Program-made: the position numbers and the translations under genes
DNA from: Octopus vulgaris
Lineage: Eukaryota
DNA length: 64,000 nucleotides
Direction: 5' to 3'
NCBI GenBank assembly: GCA_951406725.2
Contig: OX597816.1
Coordinates: 75,454,001 to 75,518,000 of the forward strand
In this document: piece by piece, positions 12,501-23,764 of the stretch
How the letters are laid out: the number at the start of each line of letters is the position of its first letter
Position numbering within the stretch: the first letter of the stretch is position 1
Notes under the pieces: model-generated
The model's input: only the letters and a program-made list of their open reading frames with translations
Database searches by the model: none
What the model was told of the DNA's origin: nothing

Positions 12501-15500
12501 GAAGTAATGATGGAACTTCTTTTAATTTCTGGAAAACACCATTGTTGACTCCTATCATTACTCTAGCATAGTCGGCTCCTATAGCCAATAAATTTTTTAT
12601 ATCTAATTTCTTTTCCACTAATTCGATTTTTAAGGCATCTACAATACCATCTGCATCACATATTTTTAAAGATACCATACTGAGATATGTTTAAATCACA
12701 TTTTTGTGAGTGTCACTATAATATATGATAACAATTCCTAACAACTTGTTTATCGATATATCATTGGATTCATCTAATAACAGGCTAAATTTTTTATCTA
12801 CTATATCAGAAATAAAATCGGTCCAAAAAAGGTTCATTCATGAGATGTGACTGCAAAGAAGAGCACATATTCACTCTCTGCGCATGATTAGACTGGGAAA
12901 GTTTGTGAGGAACCTATTGACCCAATTTGCCGACTTTCCCGATGGCATTCAGGTGTCAGTGAATGGTTGAAAATGATCAAATTCAAGGTTCTCTGCTAGT
13001 TCCTCAACAATTATGGTGGGATTTTGTTCCACCAAGATTTGCAAGACATCCTCATTGAGCTTTACAGATCTTCTAGGACGAGGCTCATCTTCTAGGCTGT
13101 AGTTTCCAGCTCGGAATTTCAGGAATCACCGTTGACACTGGCTTACACTTACTGTCTGATCCCCATCTACTGCATTAATATTCCTTGCACTTTCCGTTGC
13201 ATTGTTGCCTTTATTGAACTCATAAAGTAAAATATGCTGAATATACCCTGTTGTCATTTCCATTATAGCTTTGAAAAAATAACTGCTAAAATCAAACTGC
13301 ACTGTTCAAAACTAGCACTAAGAATAAGGACAGGGTAAAATTACTACTTGCAAGTTGATGCAGGTAGTTTATCCCATCCCCCTCCGACTTTTAGGTCATG
13401 CAATTGAAAAAACCGCATTATTTATGGGATGACCCAATATATAATGGGCTTCTGCACAGTTCATATCCTCCAAATTCCACTCACAATGTATTAGTAAACC
13501 CCAAACCCAGAACTATGTAGTCGCAAAGTACACTTAATATAGTCATAACACTTTGGTTTACTTTGTAAATGAAAAGAGAATATCAACAAAAGTTCTCAAA
13601 ATTAATCCCTATTTGTTCCCCCCCAAATTCCTGTCCTTGGTATATTTGTAGAGAATTTTATTAAAAAGTATTCATTTTCTTGAAAGTTAGAACGAATTGA
13701 AGTGGACTCCGGTAAATTTTCCGAAATGATGCTTCCCAACTAAAGCAGAGATCGACCATCAGCACAGAAGTTGCAGAAATTAGACGAATGATTTCTGCTT
13801 TGAGTCGTGAAGTAGCAGGACTCAGAACCAGTGTCTGTCCGAAAACTCGCAGCGAAGGGTCATATCAGAGTGCCCTGCTCAGCAACTTACCTGTAGCTCG
13901 TACAGAACCTCAACGCATCGAGGGAGTCGCTGAACCATCGGAGTGCCGGAAGATGTGGTAGATCTGCAGGCATTCATTGGAAATACAGCTAGGGATCTCA
14001 GCTGTCTCCCTTCAAAGAGTGCTTCCCGCCTTGGCCGACCGGGATCCAAACCCAGGCTGATCAGGCTGTTGTTTACGGGCTATACTGAGGCGCGGACATT
14101 CCATCTGGCTGCTGACAGAGCTCAGCGTGACAACATTATCAATTTTAGAACACGTCCTGGCCTACCACCCGATGTACGCCCAAAGCTCAGATCTGTAGCT
14201 TCCCTAAATCGCAACTCTGTGCCACGGGAGAGTTTTAGACTCCGCGATGATGGGCAGATCTGGAAATTTATCAAGTCTGGTGAGTCGTGGATAAGGGATG
14301 CCAGTTGGACTGAGCAGACTACACCCACAACAACAACTGGCAATACAAAAATCTTGGGAAACTAACCAAGAACAATCAGCCATCCCCTGTATATCATCAT
14401 CTGAAATCCAGATATAAACTGCTGTCCTTGAATGCCCGTAGTTTATGCAAACAGGGTGCATCTTTTTGTCTCCTACGTCAAAAGTATCAACCCAGATTTC
14501 ATCACAGTCACGGAAACATGGGCACACTCTGCACTCTGTGATGGAGTTTTCAGCATAGCCGGCTACAACCTGTTCCGCAAAGACCGCATTAATCGCTGTG
14601 GAGGGGGTGTAATGATTTATGTTCGATCAAATCTATTGGCAATCCCCTGTGATGATTTGAACCAATCTCAGCAGGAAGTATTTTTCTGCAATATGCACAT
14701 GACCATGTCAACACTTCTGTTCGGAGTCGTTTACCGTCCTCCAAATTATCGCCAAGACGCACAGCTTTTTGATATCCTCAGAGCTGCTGCCATGAAAACA
14801 GCCACATATGTGTATATTGCGGGCGACTTCAATTTCCCTGAGATTGACTGGGAGGCCTTCCGTTGGCCGCAAAATGCAGACGATTTCCTTGAACTGGTGC
14901 TGAATTCAAATTGGTCCCAAGTTGTTACCTCTCCCACAAGGGGTAACAACACTTTGGATCTGCTACTAACCGCTTCTCCTGAAACAATCATTAGTGTCAC
15001 TACCGAAGAACCTTTAGGTGACTCTGATCATTCCATGATCATGGCTGACTTGTCTCTGACAACCATCTTCAGACTGCCCGCTTTGACTGGAATAAAGCAA
15101 ACTGGAGCTCTTATTGTACTGAGCTGCAACGCCCAAACTGGCGCGAATTTTATGCCTCTGGAGATGTGGACACTATACTCCAGAACATTCTGAATTCAAT
15201 ATGGGCAGCATGTGCAGCATCAGTACCACGCAAGCACAAAAAACCACCCAATAGTGCAATTTGGGAGACTGCAGCAGTCCGACTTGCCAGGAAAGAACGC
15301 CATAATGCTGAACAGGAATACAAATTGCACAAATCAGAGAGCAACAGGAAAAAGCGCAATAGGTCAGCCAACCACCTCAAGCAGGTGACAAAAAAGGCAG
15401 TGCTTGAATTTGAACAACACATTGCAGCTAACCCTGACAGCAAAGTGTTCTGGAAGTATGTGCACTCAAAGCAGAGACCCCACTCTCCAGTTGGTCCCCT

Positions 15501-18481
15501 TCGCAATCTCCACACAGGACAGATTACTGGCAATCCTGAAGAATGTGCAGAAATTATTGCTGGATGCTATGCCGGCATCTTTACTGTCGAAGACCAAAAT
15601 GTTCCATCTTCATCACCACTGACATCGGACTCTATATCTACTATGCAATTTACACCAGCAATGCTGCAACGCCACCTTAAAAATAAACGCAATTATGCCT
15701 CTCCTGGTCTCGATGGTGTTACATACCTACTTCTCAAACGCAGTGGGTACTTTCTTCTAAGCCAACTTTCTCTATTCTTCCAATTCTGTCTTGACAATGG
15801 TGTTACTACAGAACAGTGGAAAACTGCCAGTGTCATCCCTCTGTTCAAAAAAGGCGACCGCACATCGCCTGTCAACTATCGCCCCGTCAGTCTTACTAGC
15901 TGCATCGCCAAACTGATGGAATCTTGTATCAGAGAAACCCTCTGGAACTTCTGGAAGCCGTCACAATTCGGATTTATTCCTAACTCCAGCTGCTGTAATC
16001 AACTCATCGAGTTTCTTGAGGACGTTACCCAAATCACTGATCGCGGATCCTGGGTGGATGTTGTTTACCTGGACTTTGCTAAGGCTTTTAACTCTGTGCC
16101 ACACAAAAGACTTATGGTGAAGCTTTCTGCGTTGGGTGTAAGAGACGAACTCTATAACTGGTTGAAGTCCTTTATTTTCAACTGAAAAGAGGTTGTCACA
16201 GTTCTAGGACAGCACTCTTCGCCCTATGAGATGACATTTGGTGTACCACAGGGATCTGTTCTTGGCCCCCTTTTATTTGTTGCATATGTTAATGACATAG
16301 ATGCCAACTTAAAGAATGCCACAGTGCTGAAATATGCAGATGACATCAAGCTGTACCTCGAAATAAAGAGGTCAAATCCTGTACACTATAGATCTCTATT
16401 GCAAGCAGACCTGGACACAATGCAGCATGGATCATGGACTGGCAACTCAAGCTGGCTGTGGACAAATGTACCACCATGCATTTTGGGAGGAGAAACCCAG
16501 CGTCCACCTACTCCCTCCACAACACTAGTCTCAAAAGGTCTTCATGTGAACGTGACCTGGGTGTTATTGTCGACAGTGATTTGCGTTGGACAAAACACAT
16601 CGCTAAAATTGTCAAGAAGGCTGAGGGTATCTTGGCATCACTCACCAAATCCTTTGTGAGCCGCTCTCCGGCTATCTATCTGCAGCTTTATATAGCTATG
16701 GTAAGACCTCACCTGGAATTTGCATCACCGGTCTGGAACCCCTATCTTGCCCAGGATATCAATCGTCTGGAAGCTGTTCAGCGAAGTGCAACCAAAAGAA
16801 TACCCTCCATCAGGCATTTGCCATATCCTGAACGCCTTACTTCCCTGGGCATGGACACATTGAAACTCCAACATCTGGCAGCTGACTTGGCAGACACCCA
16901 TAAAATTATCAACCATCGTACAAACAATAACTCTGAGCACCTTTTCAAACTCCACCCATCTAACACCCGTGGACATATTTACAAAGTCAGAAAACAGCAC
17001 AACTCCCATGACTTCAGGAAACATTTTTTCACGCTCAGAGTTGCTGAAGCATGGAACAAACTGCCGGCATCAGTTGTTAGTTGTCGGAGCACTGCATCCT
17101 TCAAAACTTCCATGCTTTCTGAGATTCGTTAACACTACACCTGATTTTCTCCCCTCCATACACACACAGGCATGTATCTGACTCATACATTGTTCGCTTT
17201 CCAGACATTTTTACATTACTGCATTACTTTATATGCACTTTCTGACAAGTTGTGGTGCACCTGAGCACTGTATACAATAATTTCATTATTATTATTTTAA
17301 ATTCCCCACCAACCCCACTCCTAAAACCCCCCAAGCTTTGTATATTCGGAATATACATGATATAACACATATTCGTAGTAAATTTCATCAAAAAATATCC
17401 ATTGGGGGGGGGGGGGAGTTATGATCGGTGAGAGGATCCGGAACACCCCCGAATCGTCTCCCCCCACCTGTTCGCCAACGCGCATTTTTTTTTATATTCG
17501 TTTACTACATGTTGTTTTACACATATTACAATTTTTTTTTTTCATTTTTATTTCTCGGGTCAAACACTGGAGGTTAATCGAAATCTGTAGTTATGGTAAC
17601 AAAAGTGAGCAATTTATGCTAACACATAAGGCAAACTAAAACCATATTCTACATCGCAGCAGCTTTACTGTAATGTTCTATAACCCTCCTGCAATAATTT
17701 TTCTCAGCATCGAACTCGAAATGTATATAATAATCATTTTTGAGAGCCGGTTCGCATGAAATGGTGAAGCGTCAACATCCTAGCTCGTAATAAACATAAT
17801 GCCATAACTGACATAAGGTTCCAATTCGTAGCTAATTAGTCAAACAAATGAATTTGGAATTTCTGAATTTGCTAATGAGAAAATGTATGGAATGAAATAT
17901 GTTTGTCAGCAGGCAAAAATACATGTTTGATGTTGTTTAAGTTAGTCTGTCCAACGAACCGAGCGCCTAATCCGAAACTACGCAACTTTTTTTTTCTTTC
18001 ATGAAGAGTGTATTATTTTGATTAAAAAATCAAATTAAGAAGAATCCGACTTAAAACATTTAATGAGCACGATATCAAAATTAATGTTTGTAAAGTGACT
18101 GTAATAACTTCAATAACTGTATATGATATATTTATTTATATTCTGGGACACCTTATTGAACGAGTGTTTCATCATAGACAACAGGAAGAAGACAAAAAAA
18201 AAAGATATTCTGTAGATATCTGCATTAAAAACATCAAACAAGTAGTTCAAAGATTAAATTTCAGCTTGAAATATTGTAAACAAAATACTGGTTACGATAT
18301 TCCACTGTATTTTTTGATAACGATTATTGGGTGCTAGCCTGGAACTACATAGTTTCAATTACATTTCAGTTATGTAGGAATTAATATTTAAAAGTAAATT
18401 CTTATCTATTGTAAATTTCGATTGTAATACATGAAAAGTATCATTAGAAAGATATAATAAAAAAAGCAATATACGCACCAT
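427..18481 (-). CDS. RFC1: Replication factor C subunit 1, 5' part of a spliced gene (6 coding exons in window; continues beyond left edge)
   Basis: Exons 18479-18481, 8022-8807, 5648-5756, 4103-4180, 1941-2128 and 427-519 join in frame (phases 0,0,1,1,0,0). The translation starts M-DIRNYFG (cf. RFC1 MDIRKFFG) and contains VSSADFFGSSVVER and FHDDDDFLATLAQLDEE, matching the recalled vertebrate RFC1 motifs VSVLDYFGTGSVQR and LHEDEEFARTLAMLDEE. Confidence 0.9.
590..617 (-). mobile_element. Helitron-type 3' terminus
   Basis: Minus strand: hairpin TGACCC-aac-GGGTCA followed 8 nt later by CTAG|T. The 5' end was not located. Confidence 0.45.
1560..1751 (-). repeat. RTE-LINE 3' end / (GAT)n-tailed repeat
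   Basis: (CAT)n followed by the motif ccatgctggcatgggttggacgg...cccttcctaacgccaaccact that recurs more than 12 times in the window. Confidence 0.8.
1941..2128 (-). CDS. RFC1: RFC1 exon 5
   Basis: ctctag|...DEDDGMKSSIKTFFKP...VSSADFFGSSVVERTERKVTIKEKNE|GTAAGT; 188 nt, phase 1 to 0. Confidence 0.88.
2193..2730 (-). mobile_element. RTE-clade LINE fragment (RT N-terminal part plus 3' tail piece)
   Basis: YKGKGDALNRNNYRDIKLL and QFGFVSGRGITDAIFLV...LAFVDKEKAFDWVP; frameshifted. Confidence 0.85.
3120..3860 (-). mobile_element. RTE LINE 3' end with internal ~41-bp tandem array (about 3400-3600)
   Basis: C-terminal remnant KTWDEVVKHDLQTLSLTEAMT runs into repeats of aaaggaactcagccactttgcctc... and the (GAT)n tail. 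Confidence 0.8.
4103..4180 (-). CDS. RFC1: RFC1 exon 4 (GC donor)
   Basis: ttcttattcag|DSEEEVKVKKPREKKPKKRQPMFCES; ends CAG|GCAAGT; 78 nt, phase 1 to 1. Confidence 0.75.
4400..4727 (-). repeat. tRNA-derived SINE with RTE-like tail
   Basis: Reverse complement of the SINE head joined to an RTE-like tail; similar to 4838-5220, 49425-49792 and 59360-59770. Confidence 0.65.
4838..5220 (-). repeat. tRNA-derived SINE with RTE-like tail
   Basis: Head and central box ccaaatccactcacaaggc; tail ending in (GAT)n. Confidence 0.75.
5648..5756 (-). CDS. RFC1: RFC1 exon 3
   Basis: ttag|ISSEEEKEESDDDVSRRIIKKGKKKKKKHSYRISDS|GTAAGA; 109 nt, phase 0 to 1. Confidence 0.85.
6151..6350 (-). repeat. RTE 3' tail repeat
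   Basis: Same (CAT)n-gctggcatgggttgg motif. Confidence 0.75.
7480..7733. mobile_element. Tc1/mariner-type MITE with ~45-bp inverted arms
   Basis: agatgacaaaggaataaacagttatcttatgaacttcat versus atgaagttcatatgataattgtttattcctttgttatct; left end TA-CAGAGTGGTC; right tip eroded. Confidence 0.55.
8022..8807 (-). CDS. RFC1: RFC1 exon 2 (262 codons, Lys/Ser/Glu-rich)
   Basis: Acceptor tttttctctag|GAT ATC AGA AAT TAT TTT GGA (DIRNYFG); donor AAG|GTAAAA; open for 786 nt. Confidence 0.9.
8908..9256 (+). repeat. tRNA-derived SINE (major family)
   Basis: Head ggttcagtcccac, central gtgaatggatttggtagatggaaactg, tail atgactgaaacaagtaaa; homologous to 19830-20200. Confidence 0.8.
9311..9515 (+). repeat. 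tRNA-derived SINE (second family)
   Basis: gtgaaggcatgtggctaagtggttagggt head; reverse copies at about 28490-28797 and 58530-58665. Confidence 0.6.
9923..10069. mobile_element. hAT (Charlie-like) MITE
   Basis: Ends CAGGCATGGGCAA / TTAGCCATGACTG; degenerate 8-bp TSD gtttagct / gtttagtc. Confidence 0.55.
10163..10720 (-). repeat. Two tandem RTE 3' tail repeats
   Basis: Copies at about 10163-10385 and 10453-10720. Confidence 0.75.
10745..11643 (+). mobile_element. DD34D mariner, internally deleted and degenerate
   Basis: Plus strand FLYRIVTGDEKWCLY, MLCIWWD, LLLHDNA, YSPDLTPTDFHLF; right TIR ...ttagttgccaacctaa-TA; stops and frameshifts. Confidence 0.85.
11700..12820 (-). mobile_element. hAT transposase remnant (ZNF862/DUF4371-like)
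   Basis: FSLLLDESNDIS, IGADYARVMIGVNNGV, CVCHSLQL (CxxH), TRWLS; fragmented ORFs 12262-12678 and 11833-12099. Confidence 0.85.
12821..13437 (-). mobile_element. Mariner 5' half (TIR plus HTH domain), truncated before the first catalytic Asp
   Basis: TA-TTGGGTCATCCCATAAATAATGCGG TIR; ATG at 13263 gives MEMTTGYIQHILLYEFNKGNNATESARNI...EDEPRPRR...NEPFLDR. Confidence 0.8.
13680..17295 (+). mobile_element. CR1-clade LINE, near full length (ORF1 remnant, APE-RT ORF2, 3' UTR, (ATT)n tail)
   Basis: APE: ITVTETW, VVYRPP, AGDFN, LDLLLT, SDH. RT: YRPVSLTS, YLDFAKAF, GVPQGSVLGPLLF, YADD. C-terminus VRPHLEFASPVWNP, FFTLRVAEAWNKLP. Two frameshifts and an in-frame TGA at 16183-16185. Confidence 0.95.
18479..18481 (-). 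CDS. RFC1: RFC1 exon 1 coding part (ATG only)
   Basis: Minus strand TTTACA-ATG|GTGCGT: good start context followed directly by a donor, phase 0 into D-I-R. About 75 bp downstream of an E2F site. Confidence 0.72.
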
Positions 18482-18554
18482 TGTAAATTCTAATAAATTT
18501 TGTTACACGAGCAACATTTTGTTATTGATAATCACGTTGCCGAGGGAAATCCGA

Positions 18555-18566
18555 TTTCGCGCCAAA
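18555..18566. promoter_or_regulatory. Double overlapping E2F site in RFC1 promoter
   Basis: TTTCGCGCCAAA, identical to the classic DHFR-type E2F element, in a locally CpG-retaining region just upstream of the RFC1 ATG. Confidence 0.7.
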
Positions 18567-18955
18567 TATGCTCTGTTGATCTAAAAAGTTAAAATTATTT
18601 AATTCTTAATTATGAGATGTATTTTGTTATTGACTAGGCATTTAAAAAAATTACAAAATACTAATATAATTTTTAAAAGTGAATATTAAATTATTCAATT
18701 AAAAAAATTTCGATCCGTTTGTAAGTAAAGGGAGATGAATGCAATCGAAAGTTATCTCGTTACTTCCCTTACACCATCGTGTCTTCCTTAGTTCCATCCA
18801 AGTCTTTAAACATTAATTTCGTCTATTCAGGAATTTACCGCCCCGTTTTTAAGCATATTTTAATGGAATTATTTACTTCATTATATCGTCCTTTATGTTA
18901 TATAATATCATTTAAATCTGTTTTCTTTAACAAGACATTTCTTGTTCCATACCAA

Positions 18956-19031
18956 GAATCTTTTCACTTTGACCGGCAGATTTTTACAAAGAAATTATTT
19001 TAAAAATCTGCCGGTCAAAGCGAAAAGATCC
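18956..19031. mobile_element. 76-bp palindromic micro-MITE with 8-9 bp TSD
   Basis: 29-bp arms 18958-18986 and 19001-19029 (1 mismatch); direct repeat (c)cataccaa on both sides. Confidence 0.7.
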
Positions 19032-19500
19032 CATACCAATTCCTCTAAATAACTACATTTTTTTTTTTTAATAATAATTTCTAAGTAACCGCTCACCAAT
19101 TAAATCATCTGTTTCATTCATATGACGAATCTTAAATTTTGTATATCATATCCTTTCGATATAGTGACCGAAAAATTACATTTTACTCAACTTGCTACAG
19201 TTCAAACTTTTGGAGGAGCTGAGCTGCTTGTTGCCTGCCGCTAACCCCGAAGTTCTTGACTTCTTTGGCGTCTCGTTTGACAAATGGGACAGCTCGTGAA
19301 TGGTTCGTGGCTGTTCCAGCATCTCAGCCTTGCACTCGTTTGCGTTTAATGTTTTCTTAATATTATAGATTGATTCTGTTGATAAAGTGATTAACAGGAG
19401 TACTATTGAAAGGCCCAATTAAGCAACATAAATTATTACGGGGATTGTGTTCCAGCGTCGCTTAATAGGCAAAATTCTGAGAACTGTTCATAGTATGATG

Positions 19501-21060
19501 TCGTCATCATCATCATCCTCATCATTTCTTTATTAGGCATAAAACCCTAAACACAGACAGGGACATCACAAGGACAGACAAGGCCACAGTGGGGACAAAA
19601 AACATAAAACGAATGTAAATGATATGAAATTATATAAAAATGAAAATAGTCGCATTGGCCCCACTCCCATGCAATACCATTTGAACCGTTATATACATTA
19701 TCCACAATTGTTCTTTGTTTTTGTTTTTTTTCCACCATTATTTTTCCTCAAGATAACAAAACATTTTACTTTTCCTCTTTGCCTACAATTTAACATACTT
19801 ATTTTTCTTTTTAATAATACTTCATCAGTGGCGTAGGAGTGGCTGTGTAGCAAGTAGCTTGCTTACGAACCACATGGTTCCAGGTTCAGTCCCACTGCGG
19901 GTCTCCTTGGGCAAGTGTTTTCTATAGCCTCAGGCCGACCAAAGCCTTGTGAGTGGATTTGGTAGACAGAAACTGAAAGAAGCCCGTCGTATATATGTGT
20001 ATGTTTGTGTGTCTGTGTTTGTCCCCCCCCCCCCAGCATCGCTTGATAACCGATGCTGGCTGGTTTACGTCCCCATAACTTAGAGACCGATTGATTAAGT
20101 ACTAGGCTTACAAAGAATAAGTCCTGGGGATGATTTGCTTGACCAAAGGCTGTGCCCCAGCATGGCCATAGTCAAATAACTGAAACAAGTAAAAGAGTAA
20201 AGTGGTTCAATGTCTCTTAGTTCCACTACTGGTGGCAACTCTTTGAATTTCACCCTCACTCCTGGTGGGTCAACATTATCTCCTTCAACGTCTTGTAGTT
20301 ATCCTTTTCAATCACTATTGCCTTCATATCCTCTGCATATATGTATGATGGCACCTTCACTCTTACTATTGATTGAAACTTAAATTATCTTCTTTTCTGT
20401 TTCTATATTTTTTGGGTATGTCACATAATACCAAACTCCATTTCCTCCTCATGTTTTCTTTTCTTTATCTTGGACTCTTTGTTCTCTCTTTTCTTCCTCC
20501 ACTCTAAATAGTCTCTCCATCTCACCATCGTACAGTTGGATTTCCAAATCTTTCTCCACTGGAACAACTGGTATCTTTACTGGTAACTCCACTTCCTTTT
20601 AACTTATTTTTTCTTTCACCCTTTTATCTTCCTTCCTACTGACCTCCTTCACAGTTTCTTTTCTCACCTCTTCTCTCTTCTTTTCTGCTTCTCTAGCAGA
20701 GAACCCATTTCTCCGCTCCTCCTTTTTTTTTAACCATAGTGAATTCATCCTCTGTTTCTTCTTCTGTTGCCTTGACCTGTACTACCTGGTCCATACTCTC
20801 CTGTCTCTCTACCTGCTGCTTTCTCTGGGTACACCATACCTTCATGTGGCCCTTTTCTCCACATGTGAAGCATAGCAGTCTGCCCTCCACTATAACTTTC
20901 AGTCTCACATCTTCTAGGAGCACAATCCCTTCCACCACACTGTTCAAGTCCTCCATTGTTACCTGAATTGTTAATTCTATGCCATATCCCCAGTAGTTCA
21001 CTTTCTGGGTCCTTGTTGCCTTCAAAATCTTCCCATCTTTCATGTTATATGTTATGGCTG
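19501..21060 (-). mobile_element. L1/Tx1-like retroelement with gag-like ORF1 remnant and 3' tail, no ORF2 visible
   Basis: CCHC knuckle CFTCGEKGHMKVWC (20831-20872) followed by EFTMVKKK; AATAAA at 19529-19534 (minus) then (GAT)n; interrupted by a SINE. Confidence 0.65.
19830..20200 (+). repeat. tRNA-derived SINE (major family), near complete
   Basis: GGCGTAGGAGTGGCTGTG head with B-box-like ggttcagtccc, central domain, tail gaaacaagtaaaagagtaa. Confidence 0.85.
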
Positions 21061-21223
21061 TAAATGAATCTGCCCAGATTGCTGTACAGTGGAATCAAAA
21101 TCACTGTGCCAGCAACAATGCTCACGCTCATGCCAATTGTTGGACAAAAAAAAATGGATGTGTAACAAGAAGATGTAATTAATGAATTAATGCAACAAGA
21201 GAAAAATTAAGTGTAGGGAGGAT

Positions 21224-21690
21224 ATGGGCATGGACACATTGAAACTCCAACATCTGGCAGCTGACTTGGCAGACACCCATAAAATTATCAACCATCGTAC
21301 AAACAATAACTCTGAGCACCTTTTCAAACTCCAACCATCTAACACCCGTGGACATATTTACAAAGTAAGAAAACAGCACAGCTCCCATGACTTTAGGAAA
21401 CATTTTTTCACGCTGAGAGTTGCTGAAGCATGGAACAAACTGCCGGCATCAGTTGTTAGTTGTCGGAGCACTGCATCCTTCAAAACTTCCATGCTTTCTG
21501 AGATTCGCCAACACTACACCTGATTTTCTCCCCTCCATACACACACAAGCATGTATCTGACTCATGCATTGTTCGCTTTCCAGACATTTGTACATTACTG
21601 CATATACTCTATACGCACTTTCTGACAAGTTGTGGTGCACCTGAGCACTGTATACAATAATTTCATTATTATTATTATTATATTATTATT
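21224..21690 (+). mobile_element. 5'-truncated CR1 copy
   Basis: Nearly identical to 16846-17295, with a longer (ATT)n tail. Confidence 0.95.
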
Positions 21691-22399
21691 TGGATGTGTG
21701 CATGTAAGAAGGTTTGAAATGTAAAAATGTATGTTTTACATGAAAGTAACAATGAATATCCGAAGGCAATGTTTTTGATTAACAAACATAGCAATTTATT
21801 CCTGGGTCACATATAAAGTAGCAGGCACATCAGAGATAAGCATTCATGACAACAGGGTGTAGTGAGACAAAAGTTAATTCTTTCACCCACATCAAGGTAA
21901 TTAGCTCTGGTACTTGGCTGCAAATCTAAAATATCCTATGAGTTTTGAATGGTAGTGAGGTGAGGTAGATATCCATAGTTGTATGAATGCTATTTTCTGT
22001 TCAGCATTAATTCAGCAACATTTTGTTGTCTGGACAAACGACTTCTCAGGAACTGAGTTTTCTTTTCAAATCTTGCATGTCACTGCTGGGTCATGTGTAT
22101 CTTCCATGGTCAGCAGTGATTGGATGTTTTGGGCATAGCACAACTGTGTTATGCTACTACAACAAAATAGTGTTAAAATGTCTCACTCCAGATGTGTAGC
22201 TTCATTTCAGGAAACATAGACTAGGATCATCCACATCACAGAAATTTCAACAAGAAGGACATTTGGCTGTAAAACACTGTCTTAGAAAACTTGTTCAAAG
22301 AAGCGGATGTAAAACAATGATGGTGATAATGACAATGGTGAAAATAAAAAATACAGTATATAAAATTGGTATTGGTACCAGTTAATAGAATTTTCAACA

Positions 22400-23020
22400 G
22401 CATAAAAGCACCCAGCACACTCTGTAAAGTGGTTGGCATCAGGAAGGGCATACAGCTGTAGAAACAATGCCAAACCTGACTGGAGTCTGGTGCAGCTCTG
22501 CTATCTTTCTCTCTAACTCCCTCCCATCTCCGTCTCCTTCCTTGTCCCACTGGAAGACAACTAGCCCTGCCCCTCCATCATACTCGAACAGCTCTCCTGG
22601 ACATGGCCACTTTTCTCAGTTCCACTCCTTCTTTCAGCTGAGAAGTCTTTGTCTTGTAAGTTACTTCACAACCCCATAGGTGATAATGTTATGTAAAATA
22701 CACATGTGCTGGTCATGTAAAAATACACCCATGTAAAAAGTACCTGAGGACCTGTGCTGACTACACATAGAAAGTACACATGCTGGCACCACATAAAAAG
22801 CATTCATGCTGGCCCCACTAAAAAAGCTCCCTTTCTGCATCACATAAAAAATACCCAGTACACTCTGTAAAGTGGTTCGCATTAGGAAGGACATCCAACC
22901 AGAGAAATACTAAAAAAGACAATTGTAGCATGGTGCAGCTTGCCAGGTCCTGTCAAACCATCCAACCCATACCAATATGGAAAATGGATGTTAAATGGTG
23001 ATGGTGATGACGATGATGAT
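22400..23020 (+). repeat. RTE 3' tail repeats (two pieces)
   Basis: cactctgtaaagtggtt motif at about 22420 and 22860; ends in (GAT)n near 23020. Confidence 0.7.
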
Positions 23021-23571
23021 ATGTGTGTGTATATGTGTATCATCAACATCGTCATTTCATGTCATAACAAAAGGAATGAGACAATTGGTTAGTGCAGTCC
23101 TAACACCTTTATACCGGGAAAAATAAAACAAATGGGAAATAGGATGAGAACACTTTCCTTTATAGGTCTTTTCAATTAGAGATGACATGGGACTAAACAG
23201 CAACCACAAATAATTAAGCAAATTCGTGTGTCACAAGGTGAGTTAAATTTTGACATTAGAAACATCAGAAAACATAACCTTCTCACCTAACAATGCACAA
23301 AACATATCAGATTTTACCAAGCTTATTGCAGTAGTTTCTCAGAATTAAGATAATGGAATTTTAGGTGTTGTTTAGATCTGCATCCAGTCTGAAAGTAGTT
23401 ACAGTTTCACATGTATAAAGGTCTGTACTTGTCTCTTCTAAGATCTAAACAGAAATAATTGTATATGTTTCATGTTGTGTTTAGATACAAAAGAATGAAG
23501 ATAGCTAACAGTAGCTGAATTGGTTTGAGTGGAACAACTCTTTTTTTGTACATATTTTCTGCACCCACTTC

Positions 23572-23760
<189 letters not shown>

Positions 23761-23764
23761 TTTA

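Noticed and set aside
12262-13263. Chimeric mariner-HTH / hAT-DDE transposase
   Set aside because: The two remnants abut on the same strand but are out of frame at the junction and both contain stops; this is a deletion junction.
17404-17416. G13 run as a G-quadruplex
   Set aside because: A single homopolymer, prone to length error, with no further support.
21961-21982. let-7-like sequence TGAGGTAG...ATAGTT
   Set aside because: Only the seed and 3' end match, the middle differs, and no complementary star arm is visible.
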